In this document: positions 36,918-45,409 of the stretch, piece after piece | How positions within the stretch are numbered: the stretch's first letter is position 1 | Layout: every line of letters begins with the position of its first letter | From: an uncultured Thermoleophilia bacterium | Lineage (GTDB): Bacteria; Actinomycetota; Thermoleophilia; UBA2241 | NCBI GenBank assembly: GCA_963702475.1 | Contig: CAVPCT010000006.1 | Coordinates: forward strand, 128,001-192,000 | DNA length: 64,000 nt | Reading direction: 5' to 3' | The notes under the pieces: generated by a model | What the model saw: the letters and a program-made list of their open reading frames with translations, nothing else | Databases searched by the model: none | What the model was told of the DNA's origin: nothing | Made by a program: the position numbers and the translations under genes

Positions 36918-36921
36918 ACAG

Positions 36922-39447
36922 GTGAGCGCCGGCGGCAGCGCCGGCTCCTCTTCTGCGCGTCCCGCCGCAGCCCGCCTCTGGGCGCGCGGCGTGGTGCAGG
37001 GCGTCGGGTTCCGGCCTTTCATCTACTCGCTGGCGAAGCACCACGGCCTCGCCGGGTGGGTGCGCAACACGTCCGCCGGCGTGGAGATCCACGTCGAAGG
37101 CCCCGGCGACGCGGTCGAGGCGTTCGTGACCGCCCTGCCGCGCGAGGCGCCGTCGCGGGCCTACGTCGCCGAGCTCGCCCGCGACCCGGCCGAGCCGGAG
37201 GGCGCGGCCGGGTTCGTGATCCTCGAGAGCGCCGTGGCGCCCGGCGAGTACCAGCTCGTGTCGCCGGACATCGCCACCTGCGACGACTGTCGCCGCGAGC
37301 TGCTCGACCCGCAGGACCGCCGCTTCCGGTACCCCTTCACGAACTGTACGAACTGCGGTCCGCGCTTCACGCTCATCGAGGGGCTGCCGTACGACCGCGA
37401 CCGCACCACCATGCGGCGGTTCCCCATGTGCGCCGCGTGCCGCCGGGAGTACGAGGACCCGCTCGACCGCCGCTTTCACGCCGAACCCACCGCCTGTCCG
37501 GTGTGCGGGCCGCGCGCGGAGCTGCTGACGCGCGCGGCGGACGGCACGGCGGAGGTGCAGGCGACGGGCACGACGGAGGACCCGGGCGCGGCGGTCCGCG
37601 CCGCCGCCGCCCTCCTGCGCGACGGCTGGATCCTGGCGGTGAAGGGCCTAGGCGGCTTCCATCTGGCCTGCGACGCCACCGATGGCGACGCCGTGCGCCG
37701 CCTCAAGGCGCGCAAGCGTCGCCCGCACAAGCCGCTGGCGGTGATGGTCGCCGGCGTCGACGAGCTGCTCCGCTACTGCCGGGTGACCGCCGAGGAGGAG
37801 GAGCTCCTGACGTCGCCGGAGCACCCGATCGTCCTGCTCGAGTGGCGCGACATCGGGCCCGCCGGCGAGCCGGGGCCGGAGGTCGCCGGCGCTGGCGACG
37901 GCGAGCAGCCGGCCGGCGAAGCGGCGCCGGCCGGCCGGCCGGCGCCCATCGACCCCGAGGTCGCCGTGGGCCAGCGCTACCTCGGCGTCATGCTGCCGTA
38001 CACGCCGCTCCACATCCTGCTCCTCCGGGAGGCCGGACGCCCCCTGGTCATGACCAGCGGCAACCTGGCGGAGGAGCCGATGGTCAAGGACTGGGAGGAG
38101 GTCCAGCGCCTCGCGGACATCGCGGACGCCTACCTGGTGCACGACCGGGCCATCGCCGCGCGCTGCGACGACTCGGTCGCGCAGGTGCACCGCGGGCGGC
38201 CGCGGCTTGTGCGCCGGGCGCGCGGCTACGCCCCGTTCCCCCTGCCCCTGCCGCGGCCCCTGCCCCAGGTGCTGGCCTGCGGCGCGGAGCTCAAGAACAC
38301 CTTCTGCCTCACGCGCGACGCCAACGCCTTCCTCAGCCCGCACATCGGTGATCTGGAGAACCTGGAGACGCTGGAGAGCTTCGAGGAGGGCATCGGCGAC
38401 TACCGCCGGCTCTTCGACATCGATCCCGAGGTGGTCGCGCACGACCTGCACCCCGAGTATCTTGGGACCAAGTACGCGTTGGCGCTGTCCGGGGAGAAGG
38501 TGGCGGTCCAGCACCACCACGCCCACGTCGCGGCGGCGATGGTGGAGGCCGGCCTCGAGGACCCCGTGATCGGGGTGAGCCTGGACGGCCTCGGGTACGG
38601 CGACGACGGCGTGCTGTGGGGCGGGGAGGTGCTCGTGTGCGACCTCACCGGCTACCGGCGGGTCGCACACCTGGAGGAGCTCCCGCTGCCCGGCGGCGCG
38701 CTGGCCATCCGCCGGCCCTGGCGCACGGCGCTCGGCTGGTCGCTGGCGGCGCTCGGCCCCGACGGCCTGGAGCGCGCGACGCGGCTGCTGTGCTCCTCCG
38801 CGCACAGCGCTGAGGAGCCGCCCGACGGCGAGGCCGTCCAGACGCTCGTGCGGCAGGTGGAGACCGGCACCAACGCCCCACTCACGACGAGCTGTGGCCG
38901 GCTCTTCGACGCGGTCGCGGCGCTGGCCGGCGTCCGCCTCGCGATCAGCTACGAGGGGCAGGCGGCGATCGAGCTGGAGATGCGCTCGCGTCCGGGCGAG
39001 GCGCCCTACCCGTACGCGCTCGACGGCGACCCCGGCGCGGCCCCAGAGGCGCCGCTGCTGCCGGCCGCCGCGCACGTCGAGGAGGGCGGCGAGGCCGGCG
39101 CCCGGCCGGCCGTCGTCCGCGTGGCGCCGCTGCTCGCCGGCGTCCTCGACGACGCCGAGGCCGGCCGGCCCGCCGGCCTGGTCGGTGGTCGCCTGCACGC
39201 CACGCTGGCGGCGCTGGTCGTCGACGTGTGCCGCCGGGTGCGCGCCACGACCGGTCTCGAGGTCGTGGCTCTGACCGGCGGCGTCTTCCAGAACCGGCTC
39301 CTCGCCGGGCTCTGCGAGGACGCCCTGGGCGGCGAGGGCTTCCGCGTGATCGGCGGGAGTCTCGTGCCGGTCAACGACGGAGGCATCGCGTTGGGGCAGG
39401 CCGCCGTGGCAGGCTATACTTTGCTCCTTCGTCGCAGCGAGCTCTGA
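36922..39447 (+). CDS. hypF: Carbamoyltransferase HypF
   Basis: GVVQGVGFRPF, two CxxC zinc fingers, KGLGGFHLAC, QHHHAH, DGGIALGQ. Confidence 0.95.
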   Translation: MSAGGSAGSSSARPAAARLWARGVVQGVGFRPFIYSLAKHHGLAGWVRNTSAGVEIHVEGPGDAVEAFVTALPREAPSRAYVAELARDPAEPEGAAGFVILESAVAPGEYQLVSPDIATCDDCRRELLDPQDRRFRYPFTNCTNCGPRFTLIEGLPYDRDRTTMRRFPMCAACRREYEDPLDRRFHAEPTACPVCGPRAELLTRAADGTAEVQATGTTEDPGAAVRAAAALLRDGWILAVKGLGGFHLACDATDGDAVRRLKARKRRPHKPLAVMVAGVDELLRYCRVTAEEEELLTSPEHPIVLLEWRDIGPAGEPGPEVAGAGDGEQPAGEAAPAGRPAPIDPEVAVGQRYLGVMLPYTPLHILLLREAGRPLVMTSGNLAEEPMVKDWEEVQRLADIADAYLVHDRAIAARCDDSVAQVHRGRPRLVRRARGYAPFPLPLPRPLPQVLACGAELKNTFCLTRDANAFLSPHIGDLENLETLESFEEGIGDYRRLFDIDPEVVAHDLHPEYLGTKYALALSGEKVAVQHHHAHVAAAMVEAGLEDPVIGVSLDGLGYGDDGVLWGGEVLVCDLTGYRRVAHLEELPLPGGALAIRRPWRTALGWSLAALGPDGLERATRLLCSSAHSAEEPPDGEAVQTLVRQVETGTNAPLTTSCGRLFDAVAALAGVRLAISYEGQAAIELEMRSRPGEAPYPYALDGDPGAAPEAPLLPAAAHVEEGGEAGARPAVVRVAPLLAGVLDDAEAGRPAGLVGGRLHATLAALVVDVCRRVRATTGLEVVALTGGVFQNRLLAGLCEDALGGEGFRVIGGSLVPVNDGGIALGQAAVAGYTLLLRRSEL

Positions 39448-39473
39448 CCTCCCACTCGGATCGGACGCCGCCC

Positions 39474-39722
39474 ATGTGCCTTGCCATCCCCATGCGTATC
39501 CTCTCGGTCGACGGCGACCTGGCCACCATCGCGGTCGAGGGCCTCGAACAGCGCGCCAGCCTGGCGCTCGTGCCTCACGCCGGCGTCGGTGACTGGGTGC
39601 TGGTGCACGCGGGCTACGCGATCAACGTGCTCCCCGAGGACGAGGCTCTCGAGACGCTCGAGCTCATCGCACAACTCGACGATCCCGACCAGCCGGAGCG
39701 CGTGGACGGGCATGAAGGCTGA
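39474..39722 (+). CDS. hypC: Hydrogenase chaperone HypC
   Basis: MCLAIP, VLVHAGYA. Confidence 0.95.
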   Translation: MCLAIPMRILSVDGDLATIAVEGLEQRASLALVPHAGVGDWVLVHAGYAINVLPEDEALETLELIAQLDDPDQPERVDGHEG

Positions 39723-40773
39723 GGCACTGCACCGCCTCGCCGCCGACCTCGCCGCCGAGGTGGGCGACGGCGGCACGTTCATGGAGGTCTGCGGCACCCA
39801 CACCATGGCCATCGCGCGCTTCGGACTGCGCGAGCTGCTGCCGCCGGGCATCCGTCTCGTCTCCGGCCCGGGCTGCCCGGTGTGCGTGACGGCCATGCGC
39901 GACCTCGACACCGCGGTCGCGCTCTGCGCTCTGCCCGAGGTGACGGTCACGACCTTCGGCGACCTCATCCGCGTGCCGGCCTCGCGCACGTCCCTGGCGG
40001 TCGCGCGCGCCGCCGGCGCCGACGTGCGCGTGGTCTACTCGGCGCGCGACGCCGTCGAGCTGGCGGCCGCCGAGCCGTCGCGCGAGGTGGTCTTCGTCGG
40101 TATCGGCTTCGAGACCACCGCGCCCACGGTGGCCGCAGCCATCGTCGAGGCGCGCAACCGCGGTGTGCGCAACTTCTCCGTGCTCGCGCTGCACAAGACC
40201 ATGCCGCCGGCGCTCAGGGCCCTGCTCGACCTCGGCGAGACGCCCATCGCCGGATTCCTGCTGCCCGGGCACGTGAGCGTGATCACCGGCACGGCCTGCT
40301 ACGGGTTCCTCGCCGCCGAGTACGGCGTCGCCGGGGTGGTGGCCGGCTTCGGGCCCGACGACGTCCTCGAGGCCCTGCTCATGCTCGTGCGGCAGACGGC
40401 CCCGGCCGTCGCGAACCAGTACACGAGGGCCGTGCAGCCGCAGGGCAACACGGTCGCGCAGGAGCTCATGGACGTGGTGTTCGAGCCGCGCGACGCCGAC
40501 TGGCGTGGCCTGGGCGTGCTCCCCGGCTCGGGGCTCGGCCTGCGTGCCGAGTTCGCCGATCACGACGCGGCGGTGCGCTTCGACGTCGATCCCGGAGAAT
40601 CGCTCGAGCCGGCCGGCTGCCGTTGCGGCGAGGTCCTGCGCGGCCTCACCGATCCGGCCGAGTGCGCCCTCTTCGGACGGCGCTGCACTCCCGAGGATCC
40701 GGTCGGTGCCTGCATGGTCAGCAGCGAGGGGGCGTGCGCCGCCCGCTACAGATTCCGGGGACTCGATGACTGA
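39712..40773 (+). CDS. hypD: Hydrogenase maturation protein HypD
   Basis: MEVCGTHT, GPGCPVC, GFETT, PGHVS, CMVSSEGAC. Confidence 0.95.
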   Translation: MKAEALHRLAADLAAEVGDGGTFMEVCGTHTMAIARFGLRELLPPGIRLVSGPGCPVCVTAMRDLDTAVALCALPEVTVTTFGDLIRVPASRTSLAVARAAGADVRVVYSARDAVELAAAEPSREVVFVGIGFETTAPTVAAAIVEARNRGVRNFSVLALHKTMPPALRALLDLGETPIAGFLLPGHVSVITGTACYGFLAAEYGVAGVVAGFGPDDVLEALLMLVRQTAPAVANQYTRAVQPQGNTVAQELMDVVFEPRDADWRGLGVLPGSGLGLRAEFADHDAAVRFDVDPGESLEPAGCRCGEVLRGLTDPAECALFGRRCTPEDPVGACMVSSEGACAARYRFRGLDD

Positions 40774-41785
40774 AGGCCCCGGCGACCGCATCCTGCTCGG
40801 TCACGGCAGCGGCGGCAAGCTCTATCGCGACCTCGTCCGCGACGTGTTCGTGTCGGCCTTCGCCAACCCCGTGCTCTCGCGGCTCGACGACGCGGCCGTA
40901 CTGGCGCCGTCCGGCCGCGTCGCCTTCACCACCGACAGCCACGTCGTCCGGCCGCTGCGCTTTCCCGGCGGCGACATCGGCCGCCTCGCGGTGGCCGGCA
41001 CGGTGAACGACCTGGCCACGGCGGCGGCGCGGCCGCTGGCGCTGGCCGCCGCCTTCGTCATCGAGGAAGGCTACCTTGTCGCCGACCTGCGCGAGGTGTG
41101 CGCCTCGATGGCGGCCACCGCGGACGAAGCGGGCGTGCCCATCGTCACCGGCGACACCAAGGTGGTCGAGCGCGGCGCCTGCGACGGCCTGTACATCACC
41201 ACGACAGGCGTGGGCGAGGTCGTGGTGCCGCACGACTTGGGAGCCGCGACGGTGCGCGACGGCGACGCCGTCATTCTCAGCGGCGGCATCGGCGACCACG
41301 CCGTGGCGGTGCTCGCCGCGCGCGGCGAGTTCCACTTCCGCACCCCTGTGGAGAGCGACTGCGCCCCCTTGTGGAAGCTCGTGGCCGCCGCCGTGGCGGC
41401 CGCCGGCCCGGGGTTGCGCTTTCTGCGCGACCCCACTCGCGGCGGCCTCACCACCGTGCTCGCCGAGCTCGCCGAGGAGTCGGGTCTGGGCGTCGAGATC
41501 GAGGAGGAGTCCATCCCGGTCGCACCCGGCGTGCGCTCGGTGTGCGACCTGCTGGGCCTCGACCCGCTGACCCTCGCCAACGAGGGCAAGATGGTGCTGG
41601 TGACGGCGGCCGAGACCGCGGACGCGGTGGTCGCCGCCGTGCGCGCCGCGCCGTACGGCGCTCAGGCGCGGCGCATCGGCTTCGTCACCGCCGCGCACGG
41701 AGGCCGCGTGGCGCTCCGCACGGAGTTCGGCACGCGGCGCGTGCTCGACATGCCCGTCGGGGAGCTCCTGCCGCGCATCTGCTGA
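40766..41785 (+). CDS. hypE: Carbamoyl dehydratase HypE
   Basis: HGSGG, GDTKVV, RDPTRGG, C-terminal PRIC. Confidence 0.95.
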   Translation: MTEGPGDRILLGHGSGGKLYRDLVRDVFVSAFANPVLSRLDDAAVLAPSGRVAFTTDSHVVRPLRFPGGDIGRLAVAGTVNDLATAAARPLALAAAFVIEEGYLVADLREVCASMAATADEAGVPIVTGDTKVVERGACDGLYITTTGVGEVVVPHDLGAATVRDGDAVILSGGIGDHAVAVLAARGEFHFRTPVESDCAPLWKLVAAAVAAAGPGLRFLRDPTRGGLTTVLAELAEESGLGVEIEEESIPVAPGVRSVCDLLGLDPLTLANEGKMVLVTAAETADAVVAAVRAAPYGAQARRIGFVTAAHGGRVALRTEFGTRRVLDMPVGELLPRIC

Positions 41786-41886
41786 CGCCGCAGGCGCGCG
41801 CGCCGCGGCGACGGGCGGAGGCCTCGTGCGCGGGCCGCGTCCGCGGCGGCAAGCCGGACCATCCGGACACAGAGAAAGGGGACCCG

Positions 41887-42240
41887 GTGCACGAATTGGG
41901 CATCACCCAGGGAATCGTCGACCGCGCCCGTGAGGCTGCCGTCGCGAACGGCGCGAAAAAGGTCACCGACGTGTACATCCTCATGACGCCTGCCGCCGAC
42001 TTCACTGAGGACTCGATCGCCATGTTCTTCGAGATGATGACGCAGGACGACGACCTCTTCCGGGGCGCCAGGCTGCACGTGGAGCACATGCCGGTTCCGG
42101 CGGTGTGCCTGGACTGCACTCACGAGTTCAGCGCTGACACGACCGAGCCGGTGTGTGCCAAGTGCGGGTCGCAGAACGTGCGTTTCGACCCCGAGGCCCC
42201 GATGATCCAGCTCACGGACATCGGCGTCGAGGAGGAGTGA
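41887..42240 (+). CDS. hypA: Nickel metallochaperone HypA
   Basis: (M)HELGI, CLDC...CAKC. Confidence 0.9.
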   Translation: MHELGITQGIVDRAREAAVANGAKKVTDVYILMTPAADFTEDSIAMFFEMMTQDDDLFRGARLHVEHMPVPAVCLDCTHEFSADTTEPVCAKCGSQNVRFDPEAPMIQLTDIGVEEE

Positions 42241-42282
42241 GAGCGGAGACAGTGCGGAGCCGGCGCGCGCTCAGCGGGCGCG

Positions 42283-43161
42283 TCAGGGCGCAGGCGGCGG
42301 AGCGGCGCTCAGCGGAGCCCTTCGCCGCCTGATCTCGCGGTCGACGATCGCCCCCGCCAGCAGGGCGATGTTCAGGATCCACGCCCACACGAGGAAGACG
42401 ATCGCGGTGGCGAGGGCGCCGTACACGCGGTCGTACGACGCCCAGTGCGTCAGGTAGTACCGGAAGACCCCGGTGATGCCGACCCACAGCACGAGCGTGG
42501 TGACGGCGCCGCCGAGCAGCGAGAGCAGGCCCTTGCGCGGCCGCGAGGGCGCGAAGCGGAACAGCAGGCCGACCATCAGCAGGCCCAGCGCGAACAGCAC
42601 CGGCCACTTCGCCCACGACCAGAGGTGCAGCGGCCCGTTGCCGATGCCCGTCGCGTCGGCGATCGCCGATCCCACGGGCCCGACCAGCGTGAGTGCCACA
42701 GCCGTCAGGGTGAGCAGCACCAGCAGGCCGACGGCGAGTGGGATGCGTACCGGCAGGTCCCTCCAGATCGGCCGCATGGACTTCGCTTCGTTGATGACGT
42801 CGGCGGCCCACATGAACGCGCCGACGAAGCTCGAGGCGGCCCACAGCGACAGGAGAGCGCCGAGGACCAGCGCGAGGGTGGACGAGTGGGACCGCACGAT
42901 GCCGTCGACGGCGCTGGTGAAGAACTGCACCGCCCAGGTGGCGCCGAGCTCGCCGATCGCGTCGATGAGGTCGTGCAGGGTGTCCGCCGGAAGGCCGGCC
43001 ACGCCCAGCAGGGCCACCATGACCAGGAACGCCGGGAACAGCGACAGCACCGTGTAGTACGTGAGCGCGGCCGCCAGCCTGGGCACGTTGAGCGCGAGGA
43101 TGGGGGCGATCAGCGCCCATGCCCTGCGCGCCAGAGCGGCGGCGCCACCGCGTTGCTCCAT
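42283..43161 (-). CDS. YihY/virulence factor BrkB family membrane protein
   Basis: AAALTYYTVLSLFP, YDRVYGAL; multiple TM helices. Confidence 0.88.
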   Translation of the reverse strand: MEQRGGAAALARRAWALIAPILALNVPRLAAALTYYTVLSLFPAFLVMVALLGVAGLPADTLHDLIDAIGELGATWAVQFFTSAVDGIVRSHSSTLALVLGALLSLWAASSFVGAFMWAADVINEAKSMRPIWRDLPVRIPLAVGLLVLLTLTAVALTLVGPVGSAIADATGIGNGPLHLWSWAKWPVLFALGLLMVGLLFRFAPSRPRKGLLSLLGGAVTTLVLWVGITGVFRYYLTHWASYDRVYGALATAIVFLVWAWILNIALLAGAIVDREIRRRRAPLSAAPPPAP

Positions 43162-43510
43162 GAGGCCTCCGGGAGACGACGACCCCGCAAGCCTATCCGG
43201 AAGAGAGCCGGTGCGGGTGCGGTCGAGGGGACAGGACCATGCAGCCGGACCTTCGGGCGACTTGGTGCCGCGGTGTCACGCTCGTCGTGGCCCCACCAGA
43301 TCCGACGTAGGCCATGAGGAAGTGCGGTCCTCGGGATCCTCCGCCCCGAGTCCCCAGACGCCGAAGAGGACCGCGGCTGCCACTCGAGACTCCGCCGCCT
43401 GGCCGCCATCCACGCCGACCTTGGTGACCGCGCTCCTCGGGAGCGCGGTCACGAGCTTCTTGCGGTTCACTCGATCGCGACGTGGCGCAGGCCTACACAG
43501 CCACGCCGAT

Positions 43511-43539
43511 GACGACGAGGAAGACGACGAGGAAGACGA
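43511..43539. repeat. 12-bp tandem duplication in the hdrC-yihY intergenic region
   Basis: GACGACGAGGAA twice, followed by GACGA. Confidence 0.6.
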
Positions 43540-43566
43540 AGCCTGGGCCTCGGCCGCGCGGGCGCT

Positions 43567-44226
43567 TCAGCCGTCGCGCCCGTCTTCGGCGGCGGGCTGC
43601 GCCCCGCTCACCGCCGCCAGGCGTTCCTTGAACCCCGTCTCCTCGAAGATCGTCTGCACTTCCTTCACCACGTGCTCGGGCGGGAAGAGGTCGCCGAGCC
43701 CGAGCTCCGCACGCACCTCCAGCAGGTGGTCCATGTAGGTGGTCCACTTCTCCCCCCAGGCCTCCCCTATCGCGGGGAACATGAGGTGCGGGTCGCCGCC
43801 CATGCCCTTCTCGTAGAAGTTGCCGCACCACTCCGCGAACATCTCCACGTGGCGCCGGCCGCAGCCGTTCTCCACCTGCATGCCGCGGATCACCTGGTTG
43901 ATCACGGCGACGCTGTTGTGGCGCGGGCAGCGGCTCTGGCACGTGTAGCAGTAGTAGCAGTACCAGAGGGTGTCGTCCTCGAGCAGCGTGACGTCGCCGT
44001 CGAGGGCGCGGCGCGCGGTCTCCCGCGGTGAGTACTCGGTGAAGCGCGCTGCCGGGCAGCCTGAGGTGCAGATGCCGCACTGCACGCAGCTCTGGAAGCC
44101 GTCCCTGTGGTCGTGCATGCGCGGGTCCTCGAGGATGCGCCGGACGAGCTCCGGGTCCCGCCGCGGCGTCGCCGCGAACGTGTCGTCGGCGATGTGGGCG
44201 TAGGGGTTGTCCTTGGCGTCAGGCAT
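43567..44226 (-). CDS. hdrC: Heterodisulfide reductase subunit C
   Basis: CVQCGICTSGCP, WYCYYCYTCQSRCP. Confidence 0.88.
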   Translation of the reverse strand: MPDAKDNPYAHIADDTFAATPRRDPELVRRILEDPRMHDHRDGFQSCVQCGICTSGCPAARFTEYSPRETARRALDGDVTLLEDDTLWYCYYCYTCQSRCPRHNSVAVINQVIRGMQVENGCGRRHVEMFAEWCGNFYEKGMGGDPHLMFPAIGEAWGEKWTTYMDHLLEVRAELGLGDLFPPEHVVKEVQTIFEETGFKERLAAVSGAQPAAEDGRDG

Positions 44227-45409
44227 GAGCGGGCTCCTCGGGGGCGCTGGGCACGGCCCGGAAGAACTCGGGCCAGAAGTGGACGGGGACGGTGAGCTTG
44301 AGCTCGCGGGCCGCCGACCGCAGGTTGTCGCGGCACAGGACGCAGGTGGTCACGACGGGCGCGCGCTGGTCCTCGGCGAAGCCGAGCAGGCGCGCGCTGC
44401 TCTTGGTGGCGCCCCGGTACATGCCGCCCAGGGCGCCACAGCACCCGCTGTGCATGGTGGGGTAGTCGACGACGAGGTCGGCGCCGGACAGTTCGGCGGC
44501 GTCGCCGAGCGCCCCGAGCGCCGCATCCCTGTCTGCGAGGCAGCCGACGTACGGCACGAACCCTGCGCCGGCCGCGCGCAGGGCGATGCCCGGCGTGCGC
44601 GCGGCCCGCTCGGTGAGCGCGTCCCAGAGCGGGACGGCGTCCACGCCGGCCTCGGCGAGGCCGGCGTCGCAGGCCGGGCAGGCGGTGAAGACGCGCTCCG
44701 CGCTCGCGAAGAGACTGCCCACCGAGCCGCGGCTGGGGTGGCCGCAGCAGCCGGCGTCCGCCTCCTCCACGAGGCGGACGCCGAAGCCGGCGGCCACCTC
44801 GTGCACCAGGGCGTGCAGCTCGCGGTCCTGCGGCAGCGAGCAGCCGGAGTAGAAGGGCAGTGCGGCGGCGCCGGCCGGGAGGTCGGCGGCCGGCGCCGCG
44901 CACTTCTTGCCGCCGGGCAGCAGCTGCCGCGCGAGCTTCACGCCCAGCTCGGCCGCGCCCAGCTTGTCTTTGGGCAGGTACCCTCTGACCGCCATGGCCA
45001 CGCCGAACCGACCGTTGTCGATGCGTGGCCGCTTGCCCAGGTGGCCGGTGGCGACATCTGCGGCGGTGCGCTCGGCGCAGCGGATCCGGCCGCCGTGCTC
45101 GCGCTCCAGCCGCCGCAGCCTGTGCAGCACGCCGGCGACGTCGATGTCCATGCGGCACACCGTCGTGCACGTGCCGCACTCGGTGCAGCGCCACAGGTCG
45201 TCGCTCCTCAGCACCGCGTCGATCTCGCCGGCGAGGATGAGCCGGACGATCCGCCGCGGCCCCCGGTACAGCTCACGCCCGCTCGGGCAGCTCGACGTGC
45301 AGGTCCCGCACTGGTAGCAGATGGCGCACTCCTGCGCGAGCCGGGCGAACTCGTCCCTCACCGCCTGCGGGTACTCCCTCGCGTCAGCGACCGCGGCCAC
45401 AGGGCTCAC
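44219..45409 (-). CDS. Compact HdrD-like protein (2x[4Fe-4S] plus two CCG domains)
   Basis: CYQCGTCTSSCP, WRCTECGTCTTVC; YSGC/GCCG/TACPAC and YVGC/GCCG/TTCVLC. Confidence 0.8.
   Translation of the reverse strand: MSPVAAVADAREYPQAVRDEFARLAQECAICYQCGTCTSSCPSGRELYRGPRRIVRLILAGEIDAVLRSDDLWRCTECGTCTTVCRMDIDVAGVLHRLRRLEREHGGRIRCAERTAADVATGHLGKRPRIDNGRFGVAMAVRGYLPKDKLGAAELGVKLARQLLPGGKKCAAPAADLPAGAAALPFYSGCSLPQDRELHALVHEVAAGFGVRLVEEADAGCCGHPSRGSVGSLFASAERVFTACPACDAGLAEAGVDAVPLWDALTERAARTPGIALRAAGAGFVPYVGCLADRDAALGALGDAAELSGADLVVDYPTMHSGCCGALGGMYRGATKSSARLLGFAEDQRAPVVTTCVLCRDNLRSAARELKLTVPVHFWPEFFRAVPSAPEEPAHA

Noticed and set aside
43162-43566. 64-aa ORF 43276-43470 and a hydrophobic fragment between hdrC and yihY
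   Set aside because: No RBS or family motif; may be decayed sequence, but I cannot support a call.
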